Below are positions 25,773 through 38,155 of a stretch of DNA of 64,000 bases, piece after piece. The notes below the pieces were generated by a model. That model made no database searches and had not been told where the DNA came from. It saw nothing but the letters and a program-made list of their open reading frames with translations. The stretch spans positions 136,772,001 to 136,836,000 of the forward strand of contig NC_042999.1 of NCBI RefSeq assembly GCF_006345805.1. Reading direction: 5' to 3'. The DNA is from Octopus sinensis (lineage: Eukaryota). The translations under genes were made by a program, and so were the position numbers. Positions within the stretch are counted from its first letter, which is position 1. Every line of letters begins with the position of its first letter.

Positions 25773-27490
25773 ATCATCATAATTTTAACATCTCCTTTCC
25801 ATGCTGGCATGGGTTGAACAGTTTAACTGAGGACTGGCAAGCCAGGAGGCTGCACCAGATTCCAGTCTGATCTGGCAGAGTTTCTACAGCTGGATGCCCT
25901 TCCTAATGCCAACCACTCAGAGTGTAGCGGGTACTTTTTATGTGTCACTGGCATGGGGTCCAGTCAGGCAACACTGGCAATGATCGCACTCAAATGGTGC
26001 TTTTTACATGCCACTAGCATGGGACCAGTCTGGCAGCACTGGCATTGACCACGCTTGAATGGTGCTTTTTTATGTGCCACTGGCACAGGTGCTAATCAGG
26101 TAGTACTGTCATCAGCCAGTACTGTCATCAGCCATGACAGCAACTTCACTTGCCTCAACAGGTCTTTGCAAGTGCAGTTTATGCCCAATGATTGAAGGGT
26201 ACTCATAAATAGGCTGTTTATGTTGCACTGGCATAGACCACTGTTACGGTCTCACCTGGCTTGCCGGGTCTTCTCAAGCACAGCATATCTCCAAAGGTCT
26301 CGGTCACATGTCATCACCTCGGTGAGGCCCAACATTTGAAGGTCGTGCTTCACCACCTCATCCCAGGTCTTCCTGAGTCTCCAGCAGAGCGTACTAACTT
26401 CATTCCTTGAAGGTTTACACATGTCCTCAGCAGTCACAGCCCATGTTTCACTGCCATGTAGCATGGCTGTTCGCACACATGCATAATAAAGTCTATCTTT
26501 TATCTGAGTGAGAGGCCCTTTGTCACCAGCAGAGGTAGAAGCTCTCTGAACTTTGCCCAGGCTATTCTTATTCTAGCAGCTACACTCTCAGCATCCATCC
26601 CTGCTACTGACTTGGTTACCTAGGTAATGGAAGCTATCAACTACTTGTGGTTTTCCCCCTGGAATGTGACGGAAACTGTTTTCTGCACATTTTCAGTGTT
26701 TATTGCCCCTGAGCATCTGCCACACACAAAAACTATCTTCCCAGTTAGCCTTCCTTTGATATTGCTGCACCCCTTATGTGTCCATAGCTTTCACTGGGTA
26801 CATCTTACGAAGTTTCTAACTATGCCATTTTCTACAGATCAAGGAGGGCGATTTACCTGAAGGGATTTGTGGTTTGTCTGCCTTCCTACTTATTAAGACT
26901 TTGGTTTTTGCTAGATTGACTTTAAGGCCCTTCAATTCTAGGCCTTGCTTCCACACCTGAAACTTCTCCAGTTCTGATAGTGACTCAGCTATGAGAGCAA
27001 GGTCATCAGCATAGAGAAGCTACCATTGGCATCCTGTCTTGAATTCGTCTATTATTGCTCGGTGGACTATGATGAATAAGGGGGGGGGGGCTGAGGTTTG
27101 ATCTTTGGTAGACTCTTACCTCTATATGGAATTTTTCACTGTACTTATTGCCAACCCTCATCTTACTGACAGCGTCCCTGTACATGACTTGTACAGCTCT
27201 CACTAACCACTCATCTATCTCTAGTTTCCATATTGACCTCTAGATAAGGGATCAGGGGACCCTGTCAAAAACTTTCTCCATGTAAACAAAAGCCAGCTAC
27301 AGAAGTTTAATTTTGGCTTAGTATTTCTCCTGCAGCTGTCTTACCAGAAGTATAGCATCAGTAGTGATTTTCCCTAGCACAAACCCAAACTGCATCTCAT
27401 CTAGACTGACTCTCTCCCTAATTAGTTGGGCTATGACCCTCTCCATGACTTTCATTACCTGATCCAACAACTTGATACCTCTGTACTTTA
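25773..27490 (-). mobile_element. Degenerate RTE LINE (RT to 3' UTR)
   Basis: Clearly homologous to 40871-43056 (MLHGSETWAVTAEDM, KTWDEVVKHDL, PHD region, UTR, tail) with stops and deletions. Confidence 0.92.
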
Positions 27491-27810
27491 TTTACCTTAT
27501 TTACATTTGATGGATATTTGTCCTCATCTTGTTTGTTGTTACGGCTGATATACCCTCCAGCCTTCATCAGGTGTCTTGGGGAAATTTCGAACCTGGTTTC
27601 TCATTCCTAAGGTATTATCCAAGGGAAAGGCAAAGACCAATACAGCTTGGCACTTGTGACGTCGCAACTCATTTCTACAGCTGAGTGAACTGGAGGAACG
27701 TAAAATAAAGTGTCTTGCTCAAGAAAACAAATTGCAGCCAGGTCTGGGATTCGAACTCACAACCTCATGATCGTAAGCTCGACGCTCTAACCACTGAGCC
27801 ATGTGCCTTC
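27491..27810 (-). mobile_element. tRNA-derived SINE (CORE/Meta-like central motif)
   Basis: Minus-strand head tggctcagtggttagagc (A box)...gttcgaatccc (B box), then ttgagcaagacactttattt. Confidence 0.85.
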
Positions 27811-27845
27811 ACACACACATACACACACACATATATATATTTAGA

Positions 27846-28169
27846 TACTCTATTCCCTAATTTGGGATTTTTATTCACATACACAGCAACCCCAGGTGCT
27901 AATTGTAAACTATAAAATAACTTTTTGTGTGTGTGTGTGCAAAGGTCAGATCCAAGGATCAAGATGTAGGAAGTTTGTAAGCTTCAAACAGTCCATAGAA
28001 GGTATAAAAAACAACTTTCAGGTGCATCAGTGGTTTATTGATGTAAAAGGTTGTAAATTTTCCCAATGTCGAAGTTCAATAAGATGAAAAAATATATTTT
28101 ATAGTTCACAGTTAGCCCTTGGCGTTGCTGTGTATCTGAATAAAAACCCCTAAATTAGGGAATGGAGTA
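27846..28169. mobile_element. MITE with ~80-bp TIRs in a TA context (Tc1/mariner-type by inference)
   Basis: tactctattccctaatttggg...aactataaaata mirrored by tttttatagtt...taaattagggaatggagta. Confidence 0.8.
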
Positions 28170-28193
28170 TATACATATATACATACATACACA

Positions 28194-29282
28194 CAGGATC
28201 TTATTGGTAAATTGAGACAGTTTTTACAATGCATAAAACTGGTTATAAATACTAAAATAATGGTAGTAGACAGATATAATTTTAATATAACATTTCTTAC
28301 AACAAAACATTTATCACTCAATATGGCCACCCTTTTGGGCAATTACTACCTCCACATGAAAATGAAAGTTTTTTTTGCTGCTGTCGCAACCTCTGCTTAT
28401 TTGATTTTGCATGGTGCTTGTATGATGCAGGTCTTCAAACTATTGACACTCAAGTGTGGTGAAGCATTGGTCCTTGCTTGAAGCACACCCCATAAAACAT
28501 AATCCAGAAAGTTGAGATCTGGGCTATCACTGGGCCAGATGTTAGCCTTCACAAAAAATGGCACCTTCTCACCAGAATGCCTGTGTTGCTTCTGATCCAT
28601 GACATGGTGCAGAATCCTGGATACGCACCACATTGTCAAGCCCAAATTTCTGCTCTATCCAAGGTAACGGACAATTCTTCAGGATATCCAGATCTTCAAA
28701 CCAGACTCAATGAAGTGTGGATTTATGACACTTCCATCATTCACCACGGCCCCAAATAACATCACAGAGGCAGGGTTGTTTGTCTCAAACATAGTGGGAA
28801 TGTCAGAAGGGTTGTATGCAATCACTCAAGAATTTCTGCAATTCAGTTCAGCATTCACAGTGAACTTCTAATCCACAAGTACAAGAGTTCTTCTTGTACC
28901 TTGATGCTTGGTGAATGACATAAGCTTTGGGCATCTCTCCATACTGATTGCTTTAGCATTGGCTGTTAGAAGGTGACAGTACCATTGAACATAGCTAGTC
29001 ATGCCAAGGTTTCTGTTCACAGCTCTGAATACTGTGGAAAGGAACACATTGCATTTCTTTGCAAGAGTTGTCATGGATGTGAATGGATTGGCTTCAGTCA
29101 AGCATTTGAGGCCAGTGAGAAACTTTGGATTGTGCTTGGAATCACTTTAACTCTTGTGTTCTTTTCTATCAGTCTTTCCCTCTTTTTTAAATTGCTTATA
29201 GCAAGCAAAGTTTTATCAAAAAATGAAATGCTAAATCCACTAAGTCAACTGTTTAAAATTGGTCTCAACCTGCAAGACCTAT
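28194..29282 (-). mobile_element. Decayed IS630-Tc1-mariner transposon, maT/DD37D-like
   Basis: WPSDSPDLNFLDYVLWGVL matches the maT-type WPxxSPDLNPLDY motif; N-terminal HTH-like EANPFTSMTTLAKKCNV..STV.RAV..NLG; degenerate TIRs; multiple stops. Confidence 0.8.
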
Positions 29283-29587
29283 ATGTATATACCTTTTTTT
29301 TTTTTTATTTTTACTTGGTTCAATCAATAGATTGTAGACATGCTTGGGCACCATCTTGAAGAATTTTTAGTCGAATGAATTAACCCCAGTGCCTTATTTT
29401 AAGCCTACTACTTATTCTATTAATCTCTTTTGCCAAACTGCTAAGTTATAGGTACATAAATACATCAATGCCAATTGTCAAGCAATGGTGGAAGACAAAC
29501 ACAAACACAAAGATACACACACTTGACTGAACTTGGAACCATGTAGTTGGGAAGCAAGTTTCTTACTACACAGCCATGCCTGCACCA

Positions 29588-29593
<6 letters not shown>

Positions 29594-29645
<52 letters not shown>
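29594..29645. repeat. (TA)n microsatellite
   Basis: Directly visible; further (TA)n tracts near 38120, 38775, 40489, 45268, 46245, 55367 and 61392. Confidence 0.95.
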
Positions 29646-29648
<3 letters not shown>

Positions 29649-30499
29649 ATACATACACACACACACAATGAAAAAACAGCATTGTAAGCAAAAAGTATTC
29701 CCAAACAAATGAAGATAAGACAAAATTGAAAAATAATCTCTACTCCAAATCAAACTCACCAGTGAAGACATTGGCAATTTTCAGAACTTTCATTATGAAA
29801 AAAATTGCTTTTGGATACCTCTGACATTTCATGTTTGCATTTTATATATAAATATAATCTTGACATCATATTACATAGCTCAGAAAGGGTTATGATAAAC
29901 TGCTAGATCTAGTCTTGGATCCTCTGACTATTTTTATTGTAGAACAGATAACAAGATGTGTACTGTAAGTTAATTTAATCAGTAAATCTAATCAGATCAA
30001 TGTGCACTTGGTTAATTATATTTATAATCTGGAGGAAGAAGAAAGAATGATGAATGAATAAATAAATATAGTTTATTACCTACAATTAAAGCCTATTGCT
30101 TTGTAGAAATATAAAACAGTAAGAGGATTCACTATCATTATCATTTTGTGGTTGCTTTTCCATACTAGCATGGATTAGATGGATTGTTACAGTCTGAGTC
30201 AAATTTTATTCAAAGTTCCTAGCCTCCTAAACAGGTCAATAGTGGTAGCTTTCTCCTATATTACATTTCTTGACATAGTTTCTGAGGTTAGATGCCCCTC
30301 CAGTTTGTTAGGTGCAATATGTCATGGCACCAGCACTAGAGATTCTGTCTTGTTCCTAACAAGCTCAAAAAGTTCTCTCTATATTAATTGTCTCTGTTTA
30401 TATGTTTAGTCACTTGCATCAGAGAAGTTGTTTTACCCTTGACATGACAAAATACTCCCCTCTTTTTGCATTGTCATCATTCATTTGTTCCTTTCCTTC

Positions 30500-31300
30500 C
30501 ATTACTTCTGGGTAGAAAGTGAGCTAACTAGAGCAAGGTGATTGTAGACTGAATTAGAAGAGAACCAGCTTGGAAGCAGTGAAAGAGTGAGAGAAAAGAG
30601 AGTAATAGAAAGCTCTGTAATGGTTAAATAGAAGAAATATGATTGAGAGGGTTCTAGGAGGAGGATTGATGGAAGAAAACAAAAGAGAGTCAAGGTGATA
30701 GAATCAGAGTAATAGGAGAGAGTGAGTAGATGGCTGTGGAGAGAAAGAGTGTGATAGAAAGCTCTATGATGGATATTGGTAAACAGATTAAATAGAAACA
30801 GCATGAGTGGGAAGTTTAAGCATATATATATTAAACATCTATCCTAGCTCCTTGGCCATACCCAATAATTGACTCAAAATTGAGGGATAAGAGGGAATGT
30901 TAGGAGAGAGAGCGAGAATGATGAGAGGGAAAGGGGATGATGGATGTCTGTAATGAGTGATAATTTAGTGAATAATGTGAGAGTGATAGAAGAGAGACAG
31001 GGTAATGTAAGTGGGAATAATAGGAGGGAGAGAGAGAGACAAATGTCAATGATGAATGACTGAAGAGGGAGTAATTTGTATGTATATGAGAGAGAAAGAA
31101 AAGAATGAAGATAGTAATGAGAGTTAGAAAAGAGAGATAGAGGACTGAAAGAGTGATGGTCATGGATATGGAAAGATAAGGGGAAGGATTGAATACGATA
31201 TGGGAAGGTTGATAATAAGAGGTAGGATTGAATATATTATCATCCCTTGTTGATGGGAAAGAGATAATAGAAAGTGGAGGAGAGTAGAAGGTAGTGGCAA
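30500..31300. repeat. Purine-rich (GA) low-complexity tract
   Basis: Strong A/G bias on the + strand; internal repeat atagaaagctct at ~30605 and ~30756. Confidence 0.7.
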
Positions 31301-31639
31301 GATTACTTAATACAAACTTGATAGATGTGAAAGACTTAAATATAGATATTCTCCTCAACTTCCATCACCACCATCTTATCATTCTTACATTTGTTTTTTT
31401 CATGCTTGCATGTACTGCATGGTTCTTCTCCTGCATAGAGCTTCACCACTTGTTACAATCCTTTGTTATCTCCTTTGTAGTGTTCATTTTCTTGATTCAT
31501 ATAATGTGGAAATACAAGCTATATAATAAAAAAAAGAATTTTTAAGGTAGTGGGATTTCACAACAGAATGCCTTCTTACTATATAGCAGAAATTAAAACT
31601 TTAAAGAATGGGAAAATATACTTTGAAAAAGAAACTAAT

Positions 31640-32650
31640 GTATCCATTTACATTTGGAGTTCAAATCTCACTAGGACTGCCTTTGATTTTTGTCCTGATG
31701 AAATCAATATAAGTATCTTTAAATTATTTGGTTGATTCAACTAACTACAAACCTTCTTCAAAATATATACTTTGGCAACTTAGATTTTTGTTTTTCACTA
31801 TTTAGACCAAAATGTAATTTTCACTTAATCATTATTAGTAATGCTATTATTATATGAAGGCAGTTGACTGACACAATTAGTGGATTGCTCAACAAAATGC
31901 CCTATTATAATTAGTTATATTTTTGCATTTTGAGTTTAAATCTTGCCAAAATCAGTCTCAGTATAGTTGATAAAATAGAGCACTTGCCATATATACTATA
32001 AACAACTGTTCCTTCCTCCAAAATGGCTGGCCTTGCATCCACATTAGAAATTATTATTACTATTTTTATTCTTATTATTAAGGCAATGAGCTGGCAAAAT
32101 CATTAGCATATTGGGCAAAATGCTTCATGGTATTTTATCTATCTTTACATTCTGAGTTCAAATCCTGCCAAGGCCAACTTTGCCTTCCATCCTTTCAGAG
32201 TCAATAAAATAAGTACCAATCAAGAAATGGGGTTGATGTAATTGGCTTACTCTCTGTCTCAAACCTGCTGGCATGGTGCCAAAATTTGAAATCATTATTG
32301 TTGTTATATTTTAGGGTAGTTAGGTGATGAGCTGGCAGAATTATTTGCATGGCACACCAAATGCTTAGCAGCATTCCATCTGTCTTCACATTCTGAGTTA
32401 AAATTCTGCCGAGGTCAACATTGCCTTTCATCCTTCCACAAAGAATTATATAGGACAGTAGTGTGGCAGAAACCAAAGAGAGCATTGAACACAAAGTTTT
32501 AAGCAGCTTGTGTATTTTCTAAATTCAAATCATACTCAGTTTAACTTTGCTTTACACCTCTGTAATTATGGAAAATGCACAAGTATTGTTATAAAGTGAA
32601 TATAATCAACTACAGCCTCCCTCAAAATTCATAGCCTTGTATCCTCTTCC
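31640..32650 (+). mobile_element. Head-to-tail train of ~5 SINE copies (second family)
   Basis: Heads at ~31857, 32080, 32322 and 32460 plus a partial copy at 31640; each has a gagtt(c/t)aaat B-box-like motif. Confidence 0.75.
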
Positions 32651-32684
32651 AATTTAAGGAACTATTTCATCATCATCATCATCC

Positions 32685-32790
32685 TCTTAACATCCATTTT
32701 CCCATGGTTGCATGCATCAGGCAGAATTTTTACAGCTGGATGCCTTTCCTGGTGCCAATCATCACCTGCTTTCAAGCAAGATAATATTTT
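32685..32790 (-). mobile_element. RTE 3' UTR fragment
   Basis: catcatcatc...catccattttcccatgg...tttacagctggatgcctttcctggtgccaa. Confidence 0.7.
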
Positions 32791-34284
32791 CCCATAGCCA
32801 GATATGTTCTCATAGATTATTGGAAATGAATGACGCTTATATGACAAGGACAATAATTTTACAACTGTCATGTGATGTCAAGAAAAGAAGATACACACAC
32901 ACACATACATTCAAGACTTTCTTTCAGTTACCATTTACCGAATCCACTCTCAAGTTTTTGGTTAGGCTTAGGCTGTAGTAGAAGTCACTTGCTCAAGGTA
33001 CCACGCAGTCGGATTGAACCTAGATCTCTGTTGCTGAAAAGCAAACTTCTTACTACACACAGCAAAGTCATAAGTATAAGTTAACCATTATTTACCAATA
33101 TTATATTATGAAATAAAATAAAGTGGGAACTTCTACATGGTCACACAACCAGCTTAAAAATCACTGCATATCAGCTTAAAAATGAAAAAGACACGTTAGA
33201 CCATACACACCACTAAAAAGATGGGTTAATCACAGCTAGAATGGCTTTTATAAGAATTGACCTGAGGTTGAACAGTAACAACTATTGTTGACACTTCTTA
33301 TTTTTGGTATAAATTATCTAGGGAAATTGTATAAATTCTTAAAATTTTATGAGATGCCATATGTTTTGAGAACTATAAATAGAAAACGCTGTAAAAGTTG
33401 CAAGGTTACTTTCAGATTTTAAATCTATAATAATCTTCCACAGTTATGCACTTAACTATGCAATGAAATCAAAGCTGTAATTCAGTATACACACAAATAA
33501 TGTTTATATTATTCATAAGACAATTGGCTGATCAACTCTGGAACAAAATCAAAAGCATCATCTTTAATAGACACAATATTTATATTATGTGTAAGACAAT
33601 CAACTAGGAAATAAACATTTTAAATTATAAATTTTTAGAATCTTCAGCTTTGTAAAGCAGCAAATGAACTGGGACTATGGGGTCAAATCCAGCCATATGT
33701 ATTTTTCTCTAATGTGAAAATAAGGATGTAGTACAACTTAAGATTCATTAAAGAATTACCAGAAATAACCACATTGTAACAAAACAGTATTGTAGGTAGC
33801 CTATATCTTCAATTTCATTTCAAAGTTAACATTTTTAAAGCATATTCAATGGTTTTAATTATCTAGTTACAATGGAAAGGCAAAGAAATCCCCAGCGAAT
33901 GAAGTATGGTAGCTGCTAGACAGAGATGTAGATTCTAAAAATATATAATTTAAAATATTTCAGGCCTGTTTTCTTACAAATACAATAAATAGTATAAATG
34001 CTATGCCTATAATAGATTATATCTTTGATTTCATATTTTCTAATGGACAATTCTATGTAGCTCTTTCTTGACCACATTCACTTTGTATCTACTGATGGAC
34101 AAACCTTCAATGACAATGATTATATGAAGGATCCATTCTACGGAGACATCAGGATAGCTTTTAACAGGACATTCAGCAATCTCATTGTTGCCAATGATTG
34201 GAATGCCTGCTCAAGTGCAGCAGATTTAAGCAATAGATGGATCTTCAGTAAATTCATGGTTGATAATCATTGTACTAATGGGGG

Positions 34285-34440
34285 CACTAGCGTAGTGGGG
34301 AGAGGGTCCATGCCTGGGCAACACTTTTAAAGGGGGTGGTACTTTTGGGTCTGCTGTAAGCAATATGTTTTTTTTGTGGGGTCCAGGGTAGGCAAACAGA
34401 AGGGCCACCCCAGGTGGCACAAACTCTAGCATTGCTAGTG
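34285..34440. mobile_element. hAT-type MITE (156 bp) with a perfect 8-bp TSD
   Basis: Ends cactagc...gctagtg; AATGGGGG at both 34277-34284 and 34441-34448; partial related copy at 4488-4592. Confidence 0.85.
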
Positions 34441-35800
34441 AATGGGGGACACTTATTAAGCTTTACTCTTGCAAACCAATTAATGATAGTTAATATCTAG
34501 TTTGCACACCTCAGTAGCATCTTATCACATGGTACTCAGATGTTGTCTTCATGGCCAATGAAATGAATTTTTTTTGTTTGATTTCACTAGTCCACTTGTG
34601 TATGCAACTTTCACTCATATGGTGGTGAAGCTGGTAGCAAGAATGGCTCAAATTCCTTTCCGGTACAAGCAACACTTTATATAAAGCTGAGGACCAACAA
34701 ATTGTTCAAAAGTTGACCAAAACATATTGTAAAGCTAAAATGCAGTAACACCGCAATGTGTTTCTTACATTGCAAAACTGCTTCAATGGCTTGGATACAC
34801 CATAATGAACTAAACCTTAGGCTGAGAATGAGTGGCACAACCTCAGTTATCATTTGCAAGAAGCAGCAATTCATCTTTCCTTTTCCTTCTCACCCTCAAA
34901 TCCTATACTAAATTCACTCTTTTCTCTTCAGAACTGCAATTCTCTGAAACTGCCTCATTTGCCACACTTTTCTATGAGAAATTAATCTTCAGATGTTTGA
35001 GTTAAACACCAACTATGTTAACTTCAGCAGTATGATAAAGCTTGCAAATGTTGGCTTTAGTAATCAAAAAGCAATCCTATACTAGAATGATAATTTCTTT
35101 TCATTTCAAGTTCAAAAATCTGTATAGGTCTTTATTATAATTAGCATCTTGATTTTAATTAGCAGAAGATTGCAATGTTGTTTGTAATGATTACGTTGAT
35201 TACCATGACATCATTGTAGTTTGAGTAGATTTCTCTCTATTCAGTTTACCACTAAATTGCAACATGCTCACTGATGCTTTTCACCTTTTCTGAGTAATTT
35301 AAGGTACCAGACAATTACTTGGAGCAACTCTTTGCTTCTGTTCTCTCTCTCTCTCTCTTATTTATGCATTGGATTAACTCTTTGGTAGACTCGATGGAAG
35401 CAGATGCCAATGAACCAAACAGCATCTCTAGAAGCCATTTTTTGTTATTATTTTAAAGGCACCATACCATCCTCATGAACGGTATTTTAAGCAGTAAGAA
35501 TAACCAAAGATATTTCCAGTTTAATGATTATACTTTGATTAGTAAAAAACTGCTTTAATTTTGTTTAGATAATAGTTGCTGGTTTTATATTGTTGACTCT
35601 TGTTTAACTTTGGCTGTAAATGGAAGTGACATAGATGATCTCAGGGTTTATTAGGACTAAAAGATAAGTGCTTTTAAGTGGGTGGGAAAAATTATACTTT
35701 AAACATATTATCCATTGTGATTGCAAGGCTGAAAGTGTTTATTCTTGTTGTTAGCTGTTTTATTATTAATCTAAAATTATTTCCTTTCATCCTATTACAG

Positions 35801-36004
35801 GTGTGGATATTGCCCAGACATCAGTTGGCCACAACAGTGAGAATGAAATATTGGTAAATGGCTACAAGGAACCAGGCTCCTATGTACGGCACGTCCGTTA
35901 TGATACAGGAATTTTAGAACTTGAAGCATTAATTGAACGAGCGACATCCTGTAAACAGTTAATTAGGTACAAATGCAACAATTCTCTTCTACTGGCTAAT
36001 CCAG
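35801..36004 (+). CDS. Nrx-IV: Neurexin IV/CNTNAP-like internal exon (fibrinogen-like region, first half)
   Basis: Acceptor cctattacag|, donor cca g|gtaggt; 204 nt, phase 1-1; (G)VDIAQTSVGHNSENEILVNGYKEPGSYVRHVRYDTGILELEALIERATSCKQLIRYKCNNSLLLANP; resembles the Nrx-IV/Caspr segment with GFxEPGS and CxQxxxYxC. Confidence 0.93.
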
Positions 36005-36547
36005 GTAGGTGCTTTATTAATTTAGTTAATAATTATTTATTTCCAATGCCCTTTCTTATGTAAGAGATGCATGTAGTTTGTTATGGGGGTTTTTCTCTCC
36101 AATAACCAAATATTACATTTCAGTTGTGTTTTATTTGCTAACTTGCCTGAATAAATTATTAAACACTGGAAGTATGTTTCATTTCCCTGATTCTACATGA
36201 ATATCCTGTTGCTACGATGATGAAGGGTATTTAAAAAAAGAAAACAAAAACCTTACCTCTTCTTTAGGTTTTTACCTCAGACAATCAAGCTTTACCTGCC
36301 AGTTGATTCTGCAATTAACTGGTTAATGTATTCACAACCCACCACTACATTGAAGTTTAATCAACACCAGTGAAACATCTTTGTTACTATTTCATTGGTA
36401 CAAAAGTATTAAATAAAACTACCTTTTTTTTTGTTCTTTTTCATTGTCCCCTATCCTTCTTAGCTCTGCTGAGGATTGAGAGGAATTTCAATGATATTGA
36501 TACAATTTATTTGGTGTTTGCAATGTTTTCTTCCTTTGTAGCCTTAA

Positions 36548-36767
36548 CCCTTTAGCATTTAAACTGGCCATATCCGGCCCAAATTTTCTACTGCTTTTAT
36601 GTTCAAACCATCTAGATCTGGCCTCTCACACCAGCCCTACTATATCATTCTAAAAATGAATAGTTACTTCATCAAATTCTCAGAACTACAAGATAATGCA
36701 GGATTAATTGAAAACAATGTGAATGAAAAAGCATTATATTTGACAGAGTAATCTGAACACTAAAGGG
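36548..36767. mobile_element. piggyBac-type MITE (220 bp)
   Basis: TTAA|ccctttag ... ctaaaggg|TTAA; TTAA duplication and CCC termini. Confidence 0.8.
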
Positions 36768-37294
36768 TTAAAGTAACCCTAGCTTTTCTTAAGCAGTCTA
36801 ACTGTAAGTAAAGGAAAATAATAAAGAAGTTTAACTGAATTGTCAGGAATTAAGCATGAGTTAATCCAGAGTGGAAGTCATTGGGTGATGTTTTTGATGC
36901 TAATAAAGAATTAAAAGTTTGAAGATTTTTATATCATTTCAGTATCACAGCAGTAAGATTCTGTTCCACAAGAAAATAATGTACATTATAAAAGAAATTT
37001 ATTTAGCACTGATCAAATATTGATCTAGTATTTACATTAAGAAAGCTGCTCAATTTTTCTCTCATTGGCAACTTTCACATCCTCGCACAGCAATGTGTTA
37101 TATCTTCGGTCTCTTCTCTTGGTGGTACAATAGATTTACCTATTTTAAACCTACTGAGCTTTTCCTATCTACTACCACCCAAACTAACTTGGTTCCCTGT
37201 TAAATAATACCTAGAATTTTTTACTTAGAAGACTATTTTCCTAGGAATTCCCACTAAATATCAACTTCAGCAATTTTTACACACCCTTTTACAC

Positions 37295-37570
37295 TTTTAC
37301 ATACTGGCATGGATTGGACAGTTTGACTGAGGGCTGGCAAGCCAGAAGGCTGCACCAGGCTCCAATCTGATCTGGCAAAGTTTCTACAGCTGGATGCCCT
37401 TCCTAATGCCAACCACTCCAAGTGTGTAGTGGATGCTTTTTATGTACCACTGGCATCGACCACACTTGAATAGTGCTTTTTATGTGCCACCAGCCTGGGA
37501 GCCAGTCAGGCGGCACTGGCAACAACCATACTTGAATAGTGCTTTTTACGCACCAGTCAGGCAGTACTGT
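37295..37570 (-). mobile_element. RTE 3' UTR fragment
   Basis: tttctacagctggatgcccttcctaatgccaaccactcc is the reverse complement of the conserved UTR motif. Confidence 0.88.
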
Positions 37571-37939
37571 CATCGGCGAACAATAGTAATAGCTGTAGCA
37601 ATATTAGTTGTGGCATTTTTGGTATTATTAGCAACATTGACTAAATTATTAGTAATACTTCAAACGTAGTAATTAAAGGAGCTGTTTATTGCCAGTATAA
37701 GAATATATATTTCAACAACCATAATGATAATGCTAATTATTGCAATTAGTGTAAACAAGATACTTGTTAATAAAAAAGAAAAATTTTAAGTTACAGTTTA
37801 ATTTGAAATTTTGGGCACTTTGACCCAAATTATCAACTTAAGAAGATACTTGCGCAACACTTTCAGTGAGTGTCTCCTACAATAGCCCCCAGATTAACCA
37901 AAGCTGTCTAAGTGGATTTGATAGACAGAAACTAAAAGA

Positions 37940-38118
37940 AGGCGGTGAGCTGGCAGAAACATTAGCACGCCGGGCGAAATGCTTAGCAATATTTCGTCTG
38001 CCATTACGTTCTGAGTTCAAATTCCGCACTGTTACGCACTGGGGTCATGTAATCGACTTAATCCCTTTATCTGTCCTTGTTTGTCCCCTCTATGTTTAGC
38101 CCCTTGTGGGCAAAAAAG

Positions 38119-38120
<2 letters not shown>
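37940..38120 (+). mobile_element. tRNA-derived SINE, second family (young copy)
   Basis: ggcggtgagctggcagaaac...ttctgagttcaaattccgc; CpGs retained; ends at (TA)n. Confidence 0.8.

Positions 38121-38155
<35 letters not shown>

Noticed and set aside
27735-27810. tRNA gene (A and B boxes, minus strand); likewise heads at 44899, 48361 and 51714
   Set aside because: Each continues into a shared SINE body, and no complete cloverleaf with acceptor stem is evident; these are tRNA-derived SINE heads.
46-28169. Recurrent ~322-324-bp length (UTR duplication offset, tandem unit at 891, MITE at 27846)
   Set aside because: The three sequences are unrelated and arise by different mechanisms; treated as coincidence.
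29943-29964. Microexon candidate ttattgtag|22 nt|gtaagt
   Set aside because: 22 nt (or 17 nt with the alternative acceptor) is not frame-preserving, and it has no family resemblance.
30900-31358. 152-aa minus-strand ORF
   Set aside because: Low-complexity S/L/H/Y product caused by stop-codon depletion in a CT-rich strand.
34124-34330. 68-aa ORF upstream of the first exon
   Set aside because: No homology or splice signals; its 3' part runs into the hAT MITE.
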